IMG/VR virus record: IMGVR_UViG_3300045988_042256
Strand: one strand, 5' to 3'
Length of the DNA stretch: 44,178 nucleotides
Source: a virus
The notes below the pieces were generated by a model. It ran no database searches, was not told the origin of the DNA, and saw nothing but the letters and a program-made list of their open reading frames with translations. A program made the position numbers and the translations under genes. Shown in pieces: positions 7,282-16,870 of the stretch. Numbering within the stretch: position 1 is the first letter of the stretch; every line of letters begins with the position of its first letter.

Positions 7282-7638
7282 ATGGCTAAGCAACAATTTA
7301 AAGCTCAAGCGGACATATGTAAGAAGTCGCTAGACGCATTGCATAAGGCAATTGAACTTGATCCTGATAACGCTGAAGAATACGAAGCAGGCATCGCATA
7401 TACCGAAAATGTTATGAAAGCCTCTAATGCCATTGTAAAAGCTTTTGATGTAGTAGAGCCACCTAAGACAGCTACACCTAAAGAAAAATATGAAGATACT
7501 CCTAAAGAAGAAAAACCAAAACGTAAGCGTAAAGCCAAATCAAGCGAGCCTCCTGTACCTGTTGTTAAAGAGGCTGAAGAAGTGATTACTCCAGTGATGG
7601 AAGAAGACACGGACTTATTCGCTATGTTCGGCGACTAA
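7282..7638 (+). CDS. Hypothetical Lys/Glu/Pro-rich protein
   Basis: SD GGGGAGGA, translationally coupled to the upstream gene. Confidence 0.5.
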   Translation: MAKQQFKAQADICKKSLDALHKAIELDPDNAEEYEAGIAYTENVMKASNAIVKAFDVVEPPKTATPKEKYEDTPKEEKPKRKRKAKSSEPPVPVVKEAEEVITPVMEEDTDLFAMFGD

Positions 7639-7654
7639 AAAGGAGGTATTCACT

Positions 7655-9304
7655 GTGGAGATTGTATCCAGTGCCTATATTCACAAAATGTTTGATAGCG
7701 TAATTCTAGAGGCTCCGTATGGTGCAGAATATACGACTATCCACCACATCGACTGCGGGTTTACCTTTGGTGGTAGTTGGCAGTGTAAATATTCGTATCA
7801 CAATGGATATGTTACAGGCGCTAAATATTATACCTGCCCAAACTGCCAAACATCTTCAAATCCTTATGATCACAAAATTTACTACTCTATTAGTGATGAG
7901 AAAGTATATCCTGTCACTGCTCATGTGGAGGTTATTAATTACAAACATTTTTTAGATTTAAAAATTAGATACCAAGGCATACAGCTTTTCTTTGACGGTA
8001 GAAAAAACGACCACGGAATGTGTACGGAAACGTTGCGATTCGACTTTAAGAAACGCAAGGCTATCTTCATTGATAGATTTAGAATTCGTTATGAATTGAC
8101 TGTTGATTACATTCGTGAAAATGAGATTATGCCTGTACTTAAATTCTTTGGTGATTCATATGCAATGACAGACTTTAACAGAAAATTTTTAAACAAAACA
8201 TTCAAAGCATTAAGGTCTATGTTTGAAAAACGATTAAAGGAAACATATGGGTATGGCACTAAAGATGTATACGTAGCACCTGGTGCTACTGAGGAGAACG
8301 GCTATCATTTTACTATGCTGCTTAATATGATTTTAAAATTATCGGCGCCTGACATGCCTAGCATTGTGAGTCTAATGAGACAGTATGTACGTTGGACTAA
8401 CGCTTATAGCTTATATCGATACACCAATATCCCATTTGAAGAGGATGTATTAACAGCTACAAGAAAAGGTATGAACTTTCAAGCTGCACTTAGACAATCA
8501 TATAAAGCCCCAAATAGTAGAGCCTTGCGGAAGTGTATGGTTGATGATCCATTAAGCGTATATATGTCTGATGTTCTCAATCTCTTTAACGACGAAAATT
8601 GTAGACGTACTATTCTTACACTACAACGAAGCTATGAAAGCGTTTGTCCATATACCGGCAAGCTTCATAACGCTAACGATTTTCGTAAGGCAATGAAGCT
8701 AAATACACCTCACTCTAGAGATATGTGGCAAAAACTAATTAAACGCTGCGGTGAACCTAGTATATTGCGATGGCTACTAGGTGAGGACATTCGTGATGTT
8801 GAGGACTGCGTAGATATGTATGTTAAGCTCGAGCCAAAATATCGAGATGCATTGTGGGGGAAGCGGTTCAAGTTGAAGAACTTTCATGATGAAGTTATGA
8901 ACATCTTCAATAAGCAAGAGTATGGCGACGTAATGCTTCCAGAGGCTCCTCAACTACAAGCAAATGTAAACGGAATGCATTTTATGGTTCCAAAAACTGC
9001 AGCTGATTTAATGACTGCTGGAAAGCGATTAAAAAACTGCGTTGGCTCATACCGGGATAGAGTCATGAAAGGAACTACGGCAATAGTGTTAGTTACTGAT
9101 GATGCTATGAAGCCAGTTGCATGTTTAGAATTAGCCAATAAAGGGACTAAAAAAGGTCGTCCAATCTTTGACTTAGTGCAGGCTAAGCTCTTTGCTAACG
9201 AAACGCTTAAAAAGAATGCTCATATTAATTCGACGGTAATGCAATGGGCCAATCAATTAAAGATTGAACCTCATACCATCGACGTGGACGCTAGTGTCGT
9301 ATAG
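7655..9304 (+). CDS. PcfJ-like domain protein
   Basis: GTG start behind SD AAAGGAGG. The C-terminal segment AGKRLKNCVGSYRDRVMKGTTAIVLV...VACLEL resembles the PcfJ-like signature. This call is from motif recall only. Confidence 0.45.
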   Translation: MEIVSSAYIHKMFDSVILEAPYGAEYTTIHHIDCGFTFGGSWQCKYSYHNGYVTGAKYYTCPNCQTSSNPYDHKIYYSISDEKVYPVTAHVEVINYKHFLDLKIRYQGIQLFFDGRKNDHGMCTETLRFDFKKRKAIFIDRFRIRYELTVDYIRENEIMPVLKFFGDSYAMTDFNRKFLNKTFKALRSMFEKRLKETYGYGTKDVYVAPGATEENGYHFTMLLNMILKLSAPDMPSIVSLMRQYVRWTNAYSLYRYTNIPFEEDVLTATRKGMNFQAALRQSYKAPNSRALRKCMVDDPLSVYMSDVLNLFNDENCRRTILTLQRSYESVCPYTGKLHNANDFRKAMKLNTPHSRDMWQKLIKRCGEPSILRWLLGEDIRDVEDCVDMYVKLEPKYRDALWGKRFKLKNFHDEVMNIFNKQEYGDVMLPEAPQLQANVNGMHFMVPKTAADLMTAGKRLKNCVGSYRDRVMKGTTAIVLVTDDAMKPVACLELANKGTKKGRPIFDLVQAKLFANETLKKNAHINSTVMQWANQLKIEPHTIDVDASVV

Positions 9305-9313
9305 GAGATTACT

Positions 9314-11221
9314 ATGAAACTTACAAAATTAGAATTACTTAATTTTAAAGGACTAAAGTCCTTTGCCATAAATTTTAATGGAGATGTCGTAATCCGTGGC
9401 GATAATGCTACTGGTAAAACGACTGTGTTTGACTCTGTGTGCTGGTTACTATTCGGCAAAGATAGCCTAGATAGAGCTGACTTTGAAATCAAAACATTGG
9501 ATGGAGGAGAACCCATTCATAAAGTCAATCATGAAGTAACAGGAACCTTTACTTTGGACGAAGGGGGCACAGTAGAACTCAAACGTGTGTATCGTGAAAA
9601 GTATTCATCCCCTCGTGGTGGCGATATAACTCTCACGGGTCATACAACAGATTATTTTGTCGATGGTGTACCTAAGAAAGAAAAAGAATACAAAGAAATG
9701 GTTAGTTCACTTGTCGATGAAAGCATCTTCAAATTAATTACAAATCCATTGTATTTTAACGAAACGTACTCCTGGCAAAATCGTCGCAAGTTACTTTTGG
9801 AAATGTGCGGGGATATCTCAGACGAAGATGTTATCGCAAGCCATGATGAATTAAGACGATTGGCTGAACTGTTAGAGGGGAGAACAGTAGATGATCATCG
9901 TAAGGTGGTCGCAGCAAAGAAGACTGCTATTAATAAAGAACTGGATATGATCCCGATTCGTATTGATGAAGCTGTGCGTAACAAGCCTGAAACTGCATCT
10001 GATAAAGCAAAACTCATCCGTGATATTGAAACCTTATCCGCTGGTATAGATGAAGTTGAAAAGCAAAAGGCAATTATTCAAAACGGGTTTAGTTCTACTG
10101 AAAAGGAATCTAAAATCCGTGATATTAACCGTCAGATAGAGGCTCAAAGCTCTAAAGTACTATCCGACTATCACAAACAAAAACAACATCTACGTGGTGA
10201 ATATGAAGCCTCTTTAACCAAACTAAAAATGGTGGAAGTAGACAGAGATAGATGTGCTGATAGACGAGATGAGCTCAATAAAGAAATTGAACGTGAGTCT
10301 AAACGCATTGTAACCTTACAATCTGAATTTGATACGTTTAACGCACAACAATTCAATAAAGAATCTTGCCCTACTTGTGGCCAAGCACTACCCGCGGATA
10401 AGCAAGAGATTCTCGAGGCAGAGTTTAACGCCAATAAATCTAAGAAGCTTGAGGAGTGGAAAGGGCTTATTGAAAGTGCAGTAAAGCTTAAAGCAAACTA
10501 TGAAGAGCAACAAGAAATTATGGTGTCAAAGATTGATAGTTTAACTACTGAGGCATCTCAATATAATGATGCTTACAATGTTAAATTTAAAGAATATGAG
10601 GCATACTCTGAGCCTAATCTTGAAGATGATCCAGTCTATGCTGATTTGAAGGCTCAATTATTCTTACTAGAGATTGACGATGAACCAGGAGCTGATACTG
10701 AAGAACTTACTAAACTTGACGAAGAGTTGAGCTCTATGAAGTCTAAAAAAGCAGCCCTCGAAACTGAGTTAAATAAATTTAAGCTTATTGATGATATTAA
10801 TCATCGAATCCTTGAATTAGAAAATCAACAACAAAAATTAGTAGCAGAAAAGAACGCACTTGATGAAGCGTCCTTCTTAATGGATGAATTCATTAAAGCA
10901 AAGGTTAATATGCTAGAAGATGTCATTAACTCGAGATTCAAGTTAGCGCGATTCAAGATGTTTAATGTCATGATCAACGGAAACATTGAGGAGTGCTGCG
11001 AAACTACCTATAAGGGGGTACCATACCGCAGTATGAATAATGCAGCACGTATTAATGTAGGGTTAGATATCATTAATGCACTAACAAGTTATTACAAAGT
11101 GAATGCTCCGGTATTCATCGATAATGCAGAAGCAGTAACTGAATTCGTTCCAGTTAATAGTCAAACGATTAAGTTGATCGTTGATGAATCGAAACCGCAA
11201 TTAACTGTTGAGGAGGTGTAG
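9314..11221 (+). CDS. Rad50/SbcC-like AAA ATPase with coiled-coil and CxxC zinc hook
   Basis: Walker A GDNATGKT. Long coiled coils flank CPTCGQ in the middle. C-terminal Walker B-like VFIDNAE. Confidence 0.75.
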   Translation: MKLTKLELLNFKGLKSFAINFNGDVVIRGDNATGKTTVFDSVCWLLFGKDSLDRADFEIKTLDGGEPIHKVNHEVTGTFTLDEGGTVELKRVYREKYSSPRGGDITLTGHTTDYFVDGVPKKEKEYKEMVSSLVDESIFKLITNPLYFNETYSWQNRRKLLLEMCGDISDEDVIASHDELRRLAELLEGRTVDDHRKVVAAKKTAINKELDMIPIRIDEAVRNKPETASDKAKLIRDIETLSAGIDEVEKQKAIIQNGFSSTEKESKIRDINRQIEAQSSKVLSDYHKQKQHLRGEYEASLTKLKMVEVDRDRCADRRDELNKEIERESKRIVTLQSEFDTFNAQQFNKESCPTCGQALPADKQEILEAEFNANKSKKLEEWKGLIESAVKLKANYEEQQEIMVSKIDSLTTEASQYNDAYNVKFKEYEAYSEPNLEDDPVYADLKAQLFLLEIDDEPGADTEELTKLDEELSSMKSKKAALETELNKFKLIDDINHRILELENQQQKLVAEKNALDEASFLMDEFIKAKVNMLEDVINSRFKLARFKMFNVMINGNIEECCETTYKGVPYRSMNNAARINVGLDIINALTSYYKVNAPVFIDNAEAVTEFVPVNSQTIKLIVDESKPQLTVEEV

Positions 11222-11223
11222 AT

Positions 11224-11994
11224 ATGAATGATTTACAGATTTTTAAGAACGATACATTTGGCCAGGTTCGTATTTTAGAAAAAGATAATGAATTATGGTT
11301 TGTTGCAAAGGACGTCGCTGATACTCTCGGGTACCAAAACGGTAGTCGAGATGTAAACCGACATACTGATGAAGAAGATAGAACAAAGACAATGGTGTTT
11401 GATGGTAATCAAAATAAAGAAACGATTTTAATTAATGAAAGCGGACTTTATTCCCTGGTACTATCCAGTAAACTACCAACGGCGAAACAATTTAAACGAT
11501 GGGTTACGTCGGAAGTGATCCCACAAATTCGTAAGACTGGTGCGTATAGCATGAATATTCCCAAGTCATTGCCTGAAGCGTTAAGAGCCTATGCTAATGA
11601 AGTTGAGTTACACAATGCTACTAAAGCTATCGTGGCCCAACAGGAGCAGCAGATTGCTGAATTTAAACCAGTAAAAGATTATGTAGATAAAATCTTATCT
11701 AGTAAATCCTGCTTGACTATCACTCAGATTGCCGCTGACTACGGTATGAGCGCTCAAGAATTAAATAAAATCTTACATGAAGCTGGTTTACAACGTAAGG
11801 TCGGGGATCAATGGATTCTCTACAAACAGCATATGTCAAAAGGTTTCACTAAATCCGAAACCTTTACATTCTGCAGAAGTGATGGCCGCTTAGATTCTAA
11901 AATCACCACTAAATGGACTCAAAAGGGCCGTTTAGAAATTCACAATATTTTATCTAACTTAGATATCCACGCTGTATGCGAAAACGTGGCATAG
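11224..11994 (+). CDS. Bro-N / KilA-C type phage antirepressor
   Basis: N-terminal FGQVRILEKDNELWFVAKDVADTLGY (Bro-N). The C-terminal half resembles the ANT/KilAC domain. Confidence 0.7.
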   Translation: MNDLQIFKNDTFGQVRILEKDNELWFVAKDVADTLGYQNGSRDVNRHTDEEDRTKTMVFDGNQNKETILINESGLYSLVLSSKLPTAKQFKRWVTSEVIPQIRKTGAYSMNIPKSLPEALRAYANEVELHNATKAIVAQQEQQIAEFKPVKDYVDKILSSKSCLTITQIAADYGMSAQELNKILHEAGLQRKVGDQWILYKQHMSKGFTKSETFTFCRSDGRLDSKITTKWTQKGRLEIHNILSNLDIHAVCENVA

Positions 11995-12004
11995 GAGGTA
12001 TATA

Positions 12005-12877
12005 ATGGGCGAAGTAACAAAAGCACAAACTCAAACACCATCGCTTAAAACTATGGTGTCTAGTGAGTCTGTAAAGAAACGTTTTAATGAAATCTTGGGT
12101 AAAAAATCAGCAGCCTTTGTGTCTAGCTTGATTTCTGTATCTAATAATAATGAACTTTTATCGAAAGCAGACCCTACTACAGTTATTACTGCAGGTGTGA
12201 TGGCAGCAACCCTGGATCTTCCAATTAACCAAAACCTTGGGTTTGCTTATATTGTTCCTTTCTACAATAGCAAGAAGAAAATTAATGAAGCTCAATTTCA
12301 AATGGGTTACAAAGGGTATATCCAGCTGGCCATGCGAACAGGTCAATATAAAACCATTAATGCAAGTGAAATTTACGAAGGTGAAATCAAACACCATAAC
12401 AAACTTACTGGTGAATTTGAATTGGGCGAGAGAACTGGTGATAATGTAGTCGGCTATATTGCTTATTTCAAGCTAATCAATGGGTTTGAAAAGTATTTAT
12501 ATATGTCTAAAGAAGATGCTGAAGCACACGCTATAAAGTATTCCCAAACATACAAAAGGGGTTTTGGTCTTTGGAAAACTGACTTTAACGCAATGGCCAT
12601 CAAAACAGTACTCAAACGTTTGTTAAGTAAATATGGTATTTTATCAGTCGAAATGCAGAGCATGGCTAACGCAATCTCTGCAGATGGCGCCGTCATTCGT
12701 GATAATAATGGCGAGCTTACCCCTGATTTCGAAGGTGAAACTATCGATGTTCAATCAGATGTGGAAGAAACAATCGCTAATAATGCAAATTCTGAAGCCA
12801 TTGACATCGATCCTGCCCCTACTAGTGAATTTGTTAATCCGGAAACTGGCGAAGCAGTCAGCATGTTCGGTGATTAA
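12005..12877 (+). CDS. recT: RecT-family single-strand annealing recombinase
   Basis: GFAYIVPF...AQFQMGYKGYIQLAMRTGQYKTINASEIYEGE is characteristic of RecT. Confidence 0.8.
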   Translation: MGEVTKAQTQTPSLKTMVSSESVKKRFNEILGKKSAAFVSSLISVSNNNELLSKADPTTVITAGVMAATLDLPINQNLGFAYIVPFYNSKKKINEAQFQMGYKGYIQLAMRTGQYKTINASEIYEGEIKHHNKLTGEFELGERTGDNVVGYIAYFKLINGFEKYLYMSKEDAEAHAIKYSQTYKRGFGLWKTDFNAMAIKTVLKRLLSKYGILSVEMQSMANAISADGAVIRDNNGELTPDFEGETIDVQSDVEETIANNANSEAIDIDPAPTSEFVNPETGEAVSMFGD

Positions 12878-12879
12878 TT

Positions 12880-13602
12880 GTGATTAGTATTCAAGCATTC
12901 GGTAGTAGCTCTAAAGGGAACTGCTACCGAATCAAAACCTCAACCAATGGTGATGAACTGCTACTGGATGCAGGGTTATCCTTTAAAGAAATTCAACGGT
13001 ATTGTCGCTTTAACTTTCTGCATCTATGTGGGGTATTAGTCACTCATGAACACGGAGATCATAGCAAAGCTGTTCACGATTTATTAAAGCTTGGCCATCG
13101 TGTATATATGTTAAAAGATACTGCAGATGCGTTATATGTGGCAGGTAATCATAAAGCTATTTACATTACACCTAAAGTTCAATTCACGATAGGCAATTTT
13201 AGTATTTTGCCTTTTGAATTAGAACATGATGTTCCTAATGTTGGATTTTTAATTTCTGACGGTGAAGAGAAACTCTTATATATCACCGACACCTATTACT
13301 GCCGATATACGTTCAAAGATGTTGATCATATCATGGTTGAATGCAACCATTCCTATGAAATCCTAAATCAACAAGTAGAAGTTGGTTATTTAGATGGAAA
13401 GCGAATGGAACGGTTAATTCAATCTCACTTTTCACTAGAAAACGTTATTAAATTCCTCAAATCGATGAACCTAACTAAGTGTCAAGACATACGGCTACTA
13501 CATTTATCTGACAGCAACTCAGATGCAGAAATATTTAAACAAGCTGTTCAAGCTGCTACTGGCAAATTAGTAATCGTAGAACAAGAAAGGAGCCCCCTAT
13601 GA
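12880..13602 (+). CDS. Metallo-beta-lactamase-fold hydrolase (possible nuclease partner of RecT)
   Basis: GTG start. HxHxDH motif in VTHEHGDHS. Confidence 0.7.
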   Translation: MISIQAFGSSSKGNCYRIKTSTNGDELLLDAGLSFKEIQRYCRFNFLHLCGVLVTHEHGDHSKAVHDLLKLGHRVYMLKDTADALYVAGNHKAIYITPKVQFTIGNFSILPFELEHDVPNVGFLISDGEEKLLYITDTYYCRYTFKDVDHIMVECNHSYEILNQQVEVGYLDGKRMERLIQSHFSLENVIKFLKSMNLTKCQDIRLLHLSDSNSDAEIFKQAVQAATGKLVIVEQERSPL

Positions 13603-14039
13603 TTATTAAATCAATTCAAATTAAAGATAACGATATCAGTATTGCCTATCAGAAACCATCTGCCACAGGTCTTACAGATGTATTTACCCTTAAGTCTAAA
13701 GATGATCCACGTCCTGAACTTCTGCAAGCATTCAGTAAACTGCAGTCTATTGTTAAGAAGAACTTCGAATTTCTGGAAGAATTTAAAATTCCATTTTTGG
13801 TAAACACATTCAAATTTAAGTATGGCGACATTGAAGGCCTTATTCACCAGGTTGGTGTTGAAGGTATCGTGTCTGATATGAACACTCCTAACGAGTTCAA
13901 ATTCAAAACAGATTGGTTAAATGTTGAGTATGCAGACTCTACATTCGCTATCTCTGTTCAAGACTTAATCGATGAATGCGTGAAATTTATTATGGGACGT
14001 CGAGCCCAGGACAATTTATTTAATGACAGTGAAGAGTGA
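13599..14039 (+). CDS. Hypothetical protein
   Basis: Overlaps upstream and downstream genes by 4 nt at each end, which suggests coupled translation. Confidence 0.5.
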   Translation: MIIKSIQIKDNDISIAYQKPSATGLTDVFTLKSKDDPRPELLQAFSKLQSIVKKNFEFLEEFKIPFLVNTFKFKYGDIEGLIHQVGVEGIVSDMNTPNEFKFKTDWLNVEYADSTFAISVQDLIDECVKFIMGRRAQDNLFNDSEE

Positions 14040-14971
14040 TAGATATGGCGAAAAATCAATCATACTACTTTAGTCATGACATCAATGCGAGTAATGATCC
14101 TAAAATCGCTGCTATGATTTCAGAATTAGGAATGATTTCATATGCCTGGTGGTGGATATTGATTGAAAAATTAGCCGCAGCAGATGACTATAAATTGCCA
14201 CTAAAAAAATATACATTCGTCGCTTTGGATAATGAGTTAAGGATGAACGATGAACAAATTTCAACAAGTGTTCAACAAGTGTTCAACAAAAATCAACACG
14301 TGTTGGAACAAAATTCAATGTGTTCATTTTGTTCATTTTTGTTAATTTATTTGTTGATTCATGACTACGAATTATTGGACTGTGATGACGAATATTTTTG
14401 GTCACCTAGCTTAATTCGAAGATTTGAATTTAAAAAGGTGAAAGAGGAAACTATCCGCGAAAAACGTAGGTTGGCGGGCCTTAAAAGCGCGGAGTCTCGC
14501 AAAGCAAAAAAACAAAATTTAACACATGTTCAACAAAATTTAACACATGTTCAACAAAAACAACTAATAAAAGAAAAGAAAAGAAAAGAAAATAATATAG
14601 AGAGAGATACGCGCGCGCGCGAAGATGAAAATCCTCTATCTATGTTTGAAGATGATGAAGTAAAAAATAAACCCATTTACGATTTGTATATGAAATCAAT
14701 TGGAGATATTTCACCTGTCATTAAAGAACGGTTGGATGATCTAGTTGAGTCTTATGGAAAAGAACGGGTTATTGTTGCTATCAATACCACTTCAGATAAT
14801 GGTGGTAATAGCATCAAGTATGTTGAAACTGTCACAGCAGGAAATTTAAAGAAGGAGGTGCAAAAGGATTTTGGAACCAATAAACGTAACAGTAGCAATA
14901 GAGGCTCTTCGAGAAAAGACGAGCAAGTTGACTGGCAAGCGGAATATGAAAGAGTCCATGGAAAAAAGTGA
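14036..14971 (+). CDS. Phage replisome organiser (Lin1244/DUF4373-like N-terminal domain)
   Basis: YYFSHDINASNDPKIAAMISELGMISYAWWWILIEKL fits the DUF4373 N-terminal pattern. Start is GTG 14036 or ATG 14045. Internal DNA iterons are present. Confidence 0.65.
   Translation: MIDMAKNQSYYFSHDINASNDPKIAAMISELGMISYAWWWILIEKLAAADDYKLPLKKYTFVALDNELRMNDEQISTSVQQVFNKNQHVLEQNSMCSFCSFLLIYLLIHDYELLDCDDEYFWSPSLIRRFEFKKVKEETIREKRRLAGLKSAESRKAKKQNLTHVQQNLTHVQQKQLIKEKKRKENNIERDTRAREDENPLSMFEDDEVKNKPIYDLYMKSIGDISPVIKERLDDLVESYGKERVIVAINTTSDNGGNSIKYVETVTAGNLKKEVQKDFGTNKRNSSNRGSSRKDEQVDWQAEYERVHGKK
14260..14621 (+). repeat. Iteron cluster inside the organiser gene; candidate phage origin of replication
   Basis: TGTTCAACAA at 14269-14278, 14280-14289, 14527-14536 and 14548-14557. 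Perfect 21-bp tandem CAAAATTTAACACATGTTCAA at 14513-14533 and 14534-14554. Palindrome CAACACGTGTTG at 14294-14305. GTTCATTTT x2 at 14322-14339. (GC)5G run at 14611-14621. Confidence 0.55.
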
Positions 14972-15593
14972 GTTCTTTTATCCAATCTATGATAAGCCGG
15001 TAGTTATTCAAACCAATGTTAACACTACGTATGCTGCAGTTGGAATTCCTAAACGATATTACGATATGGATTTCGACTGGTTACGCAAGCATGGTAGTTT
15101 CCCAAAAGAAAACACTGAAGCCTATGCTGTGGTTAAGGAGTACTCTCATAACCTAAAAGAAAATCTTGAGTCTGGCAAGGGGCTTATATTAAGGGGACCA
15201 GCTGGTACAGGAAAGACATCTATTGCAGTTAGCCTTCTAAAAGAGGCCATGAAATTAGGCAGAGGATGCCTTATGATTTCAATGCCTAATCTACTAGATA
15301 ATATGCTTACGTTATCTAAGGGCGATAATGTAGCCTATCTGAGCTATGAGCAAAAACTTAGAAATATTCCCTTGTTATTGCTTGATGATTTCGGGGCAGA
15401 GTATTCGAAGTCTGACTGGGTAGCATCTAAGGTTGAAAGCGTTATTATTGATCGCTACAACCGAATGAAGCCTATAATTCTTACGACGAATTATAGCGAG
15501 ACCTGGACTGAAGAAAATTATAGTCAAAGAATATACGACCGCTTACGTGGAGAATATGAAGAGGCTATATTCAATGGAGAATCACACCGATGA
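14946..15593 (+). CDS. DnaC/IstB-like AAA+ helicase loader
   Basis: Walker A GPAGTGKT and Walker B LLLLDDFGAE. The start is ATG 14946 or 14958; the upstream part of the track ORF overlaps the preceding gene. Confidence 0.8.
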   Translation: MKESMEKSEFFYPIYDKPVVIQTNVNTTYAAVGIPKRYYDMDFDWLRKHGSFPKENTEAYAVVKEYSHNLKENLESGKGLILRGPAGTGKTSIAVSLLKEAMKLGRGCLMISMPNLLDNMLTLSKGDNVAYLSYEQKLRNIPLLLLDDFGAEYSKSDWVASKVESVIIDRYNRMKPIILTTNYSETWTEENYSQRIYDRLRGEYEEAIFNGESHR

Positions 15594-15988
15594 AGATTCT
15601 CCTGCGATGTCAGTTTAGGTTTAGAAAGAAAGCCCATAACCGATTCCCAACGTTAAATGAGTATATTGACTGTGAGCGTGGTTCGACTATAGCAGCCGCC
15701 GCTATGAAAAAGAAATGCACCGAGCAAGTCAAAGAACAATGTCTATCACAACAGATAGAATCGGTTAAGGGTAAAGTAGACCTATTATTTGAATGGCACT
15801 CATCAACCAGGCATGATCCTGATAACGTAGCTTTTGCTAAGAAATTTATTCTTGATGGACTACAAGCTGCAGGAGTGCTAGAAAACGATAATAGGAAATT
15901 CATCGGGACTATGGCTGATGAGGTTGTAAATGACGATGATGATTTTGTGATTGTACATATCACAGAACATATGAGTATATTCCTATAG
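15590..15988 (+). CDS. rusA: RusA-family Holliday junction resolvase
   Basis: HDPDNVAFAKKFILDGLQAAGVLENDN matches the RusA acidic motif. Size 132 aa. Confidence 0.7.
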   Translation: MKILLRCQFRFRKKAHNRFPTLNEYIDCERGSTIAAAAMKKKCTEQVKEQCLSQQIESVKGKVDLLFEWHSSTRHDPDNVAFAKKFILDGLQAAGVLENDNRKFIGTMADEVVNDDDDFVIVHITEHMSIFL

Positions 15989-16112
15989 TCGCTAATAGCC
16001 ATAAAAATCAAAATTTCATATGTATAAGAACGTTTTAATGCGTCAATGAGTGGAATCTTCATGAAGTTGGGTTAAAACACAATACGGACTAAAATAAAGC
16101 GTAAAGGGGGAG

Positions 16113-16649
16113 ATGCATTTGAATGAATGCGAAATTGAAAAAATCACTAGGTTGGCCACTGAGGTGGCTACTAAAACCTACTATGAATTAGCAAAGCAAG
16201 AAAATGCACAGCTAGGTCGTAAACTTCGACACAACACGATCAAGCTATTAAAGCATTATAGTCAGTTACAGTCATACGTAGACAATGCTATCACGGATTC
16301 GACACAAGCCGAGGATATATGGCTCAATGAACTGTTAATTGATATGTTTGACGATAAAAGCATTGTGAAAGTAAATGCGATTGTCAAAAGCAAAGAAAAA
16401 ACAGCATTGATGATGAGGCATGTGAATAACATGCTCGATATCTATGCTGAGAAGTGTAGCGACAAGCAATTCAAATATTGCGAATGCATGCGCAGGTATT
16501 ATATTGATGGAGAAACCCTAGAAGAGATTGCAGAATCATTTCCTGAAAAACCAGATGTTCGTACCATCAAACGTTACATCGCTAGAGGGATTGAAGAGTT
16601 ATCTGTATTGCTGTGGGGCGTTATTGGACTAAACACTAAGTTAGACTAA
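16113..16649 (+). CDS. ArpU-like / sigma region-4-like late transcriptional regulator
   Basis: SD AGGGGGAG. C-terminal LEEIAESFPEKPDVRTIKRYIARGIEELSVLL resembles a sigma-70 region 4 HTH. Positioned just before the late genes. Confidence 0.45.
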   Translation: MHLNECEIEKITRLATEVATKTYYELAKQENAQLGRKLRHNTIKLLKHYSQLQSYVDNAITDSTQAEDIWLNELLIDMFDDKSIVKVNAIVKSKEKTALMMRHVNNMLDIYAEKCSDKQFKYCECMRRYYIDGETLEEIAESFPEKPDVRTIKRYIARGIEELSVLLWGVIGLNTKLD

Positions 16650-16653
16650 AAAT

Positions 16654-16698
16654 TGTCCCAAAACTGTCCTAGACCTGTCCTTCTTGACAGTTTATAAT
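16654..16698 (+). promoter_or_regulatory. Three TGTCC direct repeats at exact 11-bp phasing, followed by TTGACA and TATAAT
   Basis: TGTCC at 16654, 16665 and 16676. TTGACA 16684-16689. TATAAT 16693-16698. Confidence 0.4.
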
Positions 16699-16771
16699 GA
16701 TAGTGTGAGTTAATAGGGAAACAAATACTATCTCTCTCAACGACACAGTGAATACCTAGAACACAAAAGCG

Positions 16772-16802
16772 AAAAAGCCCTTGCTTCGGCAAGGGCTTTT
16801 TG
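16772..16802. terminator. Bidirectional Rho-independent terminator
   Basis: GCCCTTGC (16777-16784) / GCAAGGGC (16789-16796) with a TTCG loop. A-run upstream and T-run downstream. Confidence 0.8.
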
Positions 16803-16870
16803 CTATAGGTTAGCTACTCCTATAAGACAGTGCGATCGCAACAGGATGCAAGTTAATGGCAAGTCATATA

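Noticed and set aside
14260-14560. A CRISPR-like array suggested by short direct repeats (also considered for the Gly-X-Y repeats at 38930-39230)
   Set aside because: The repeats are 10-21 bp with no regular spacer periodicity. They lie inside continuous coding frames, and no cas genes are present.
15610-16062. 150-aa minus-strand ORF opposite the RusA-like gene
   Set aside because: It overlaps a motif-supported plus-strand gene almost completely. It has no SD and is Ser/Cys/Ile-rich.
16684-16698. TTGACA plus TATAAT as a canonical sigma-70 promoter
   Set aside because: The hexamers are separated by only 3 bp. They were kept only as part of the phased-repeat observation.
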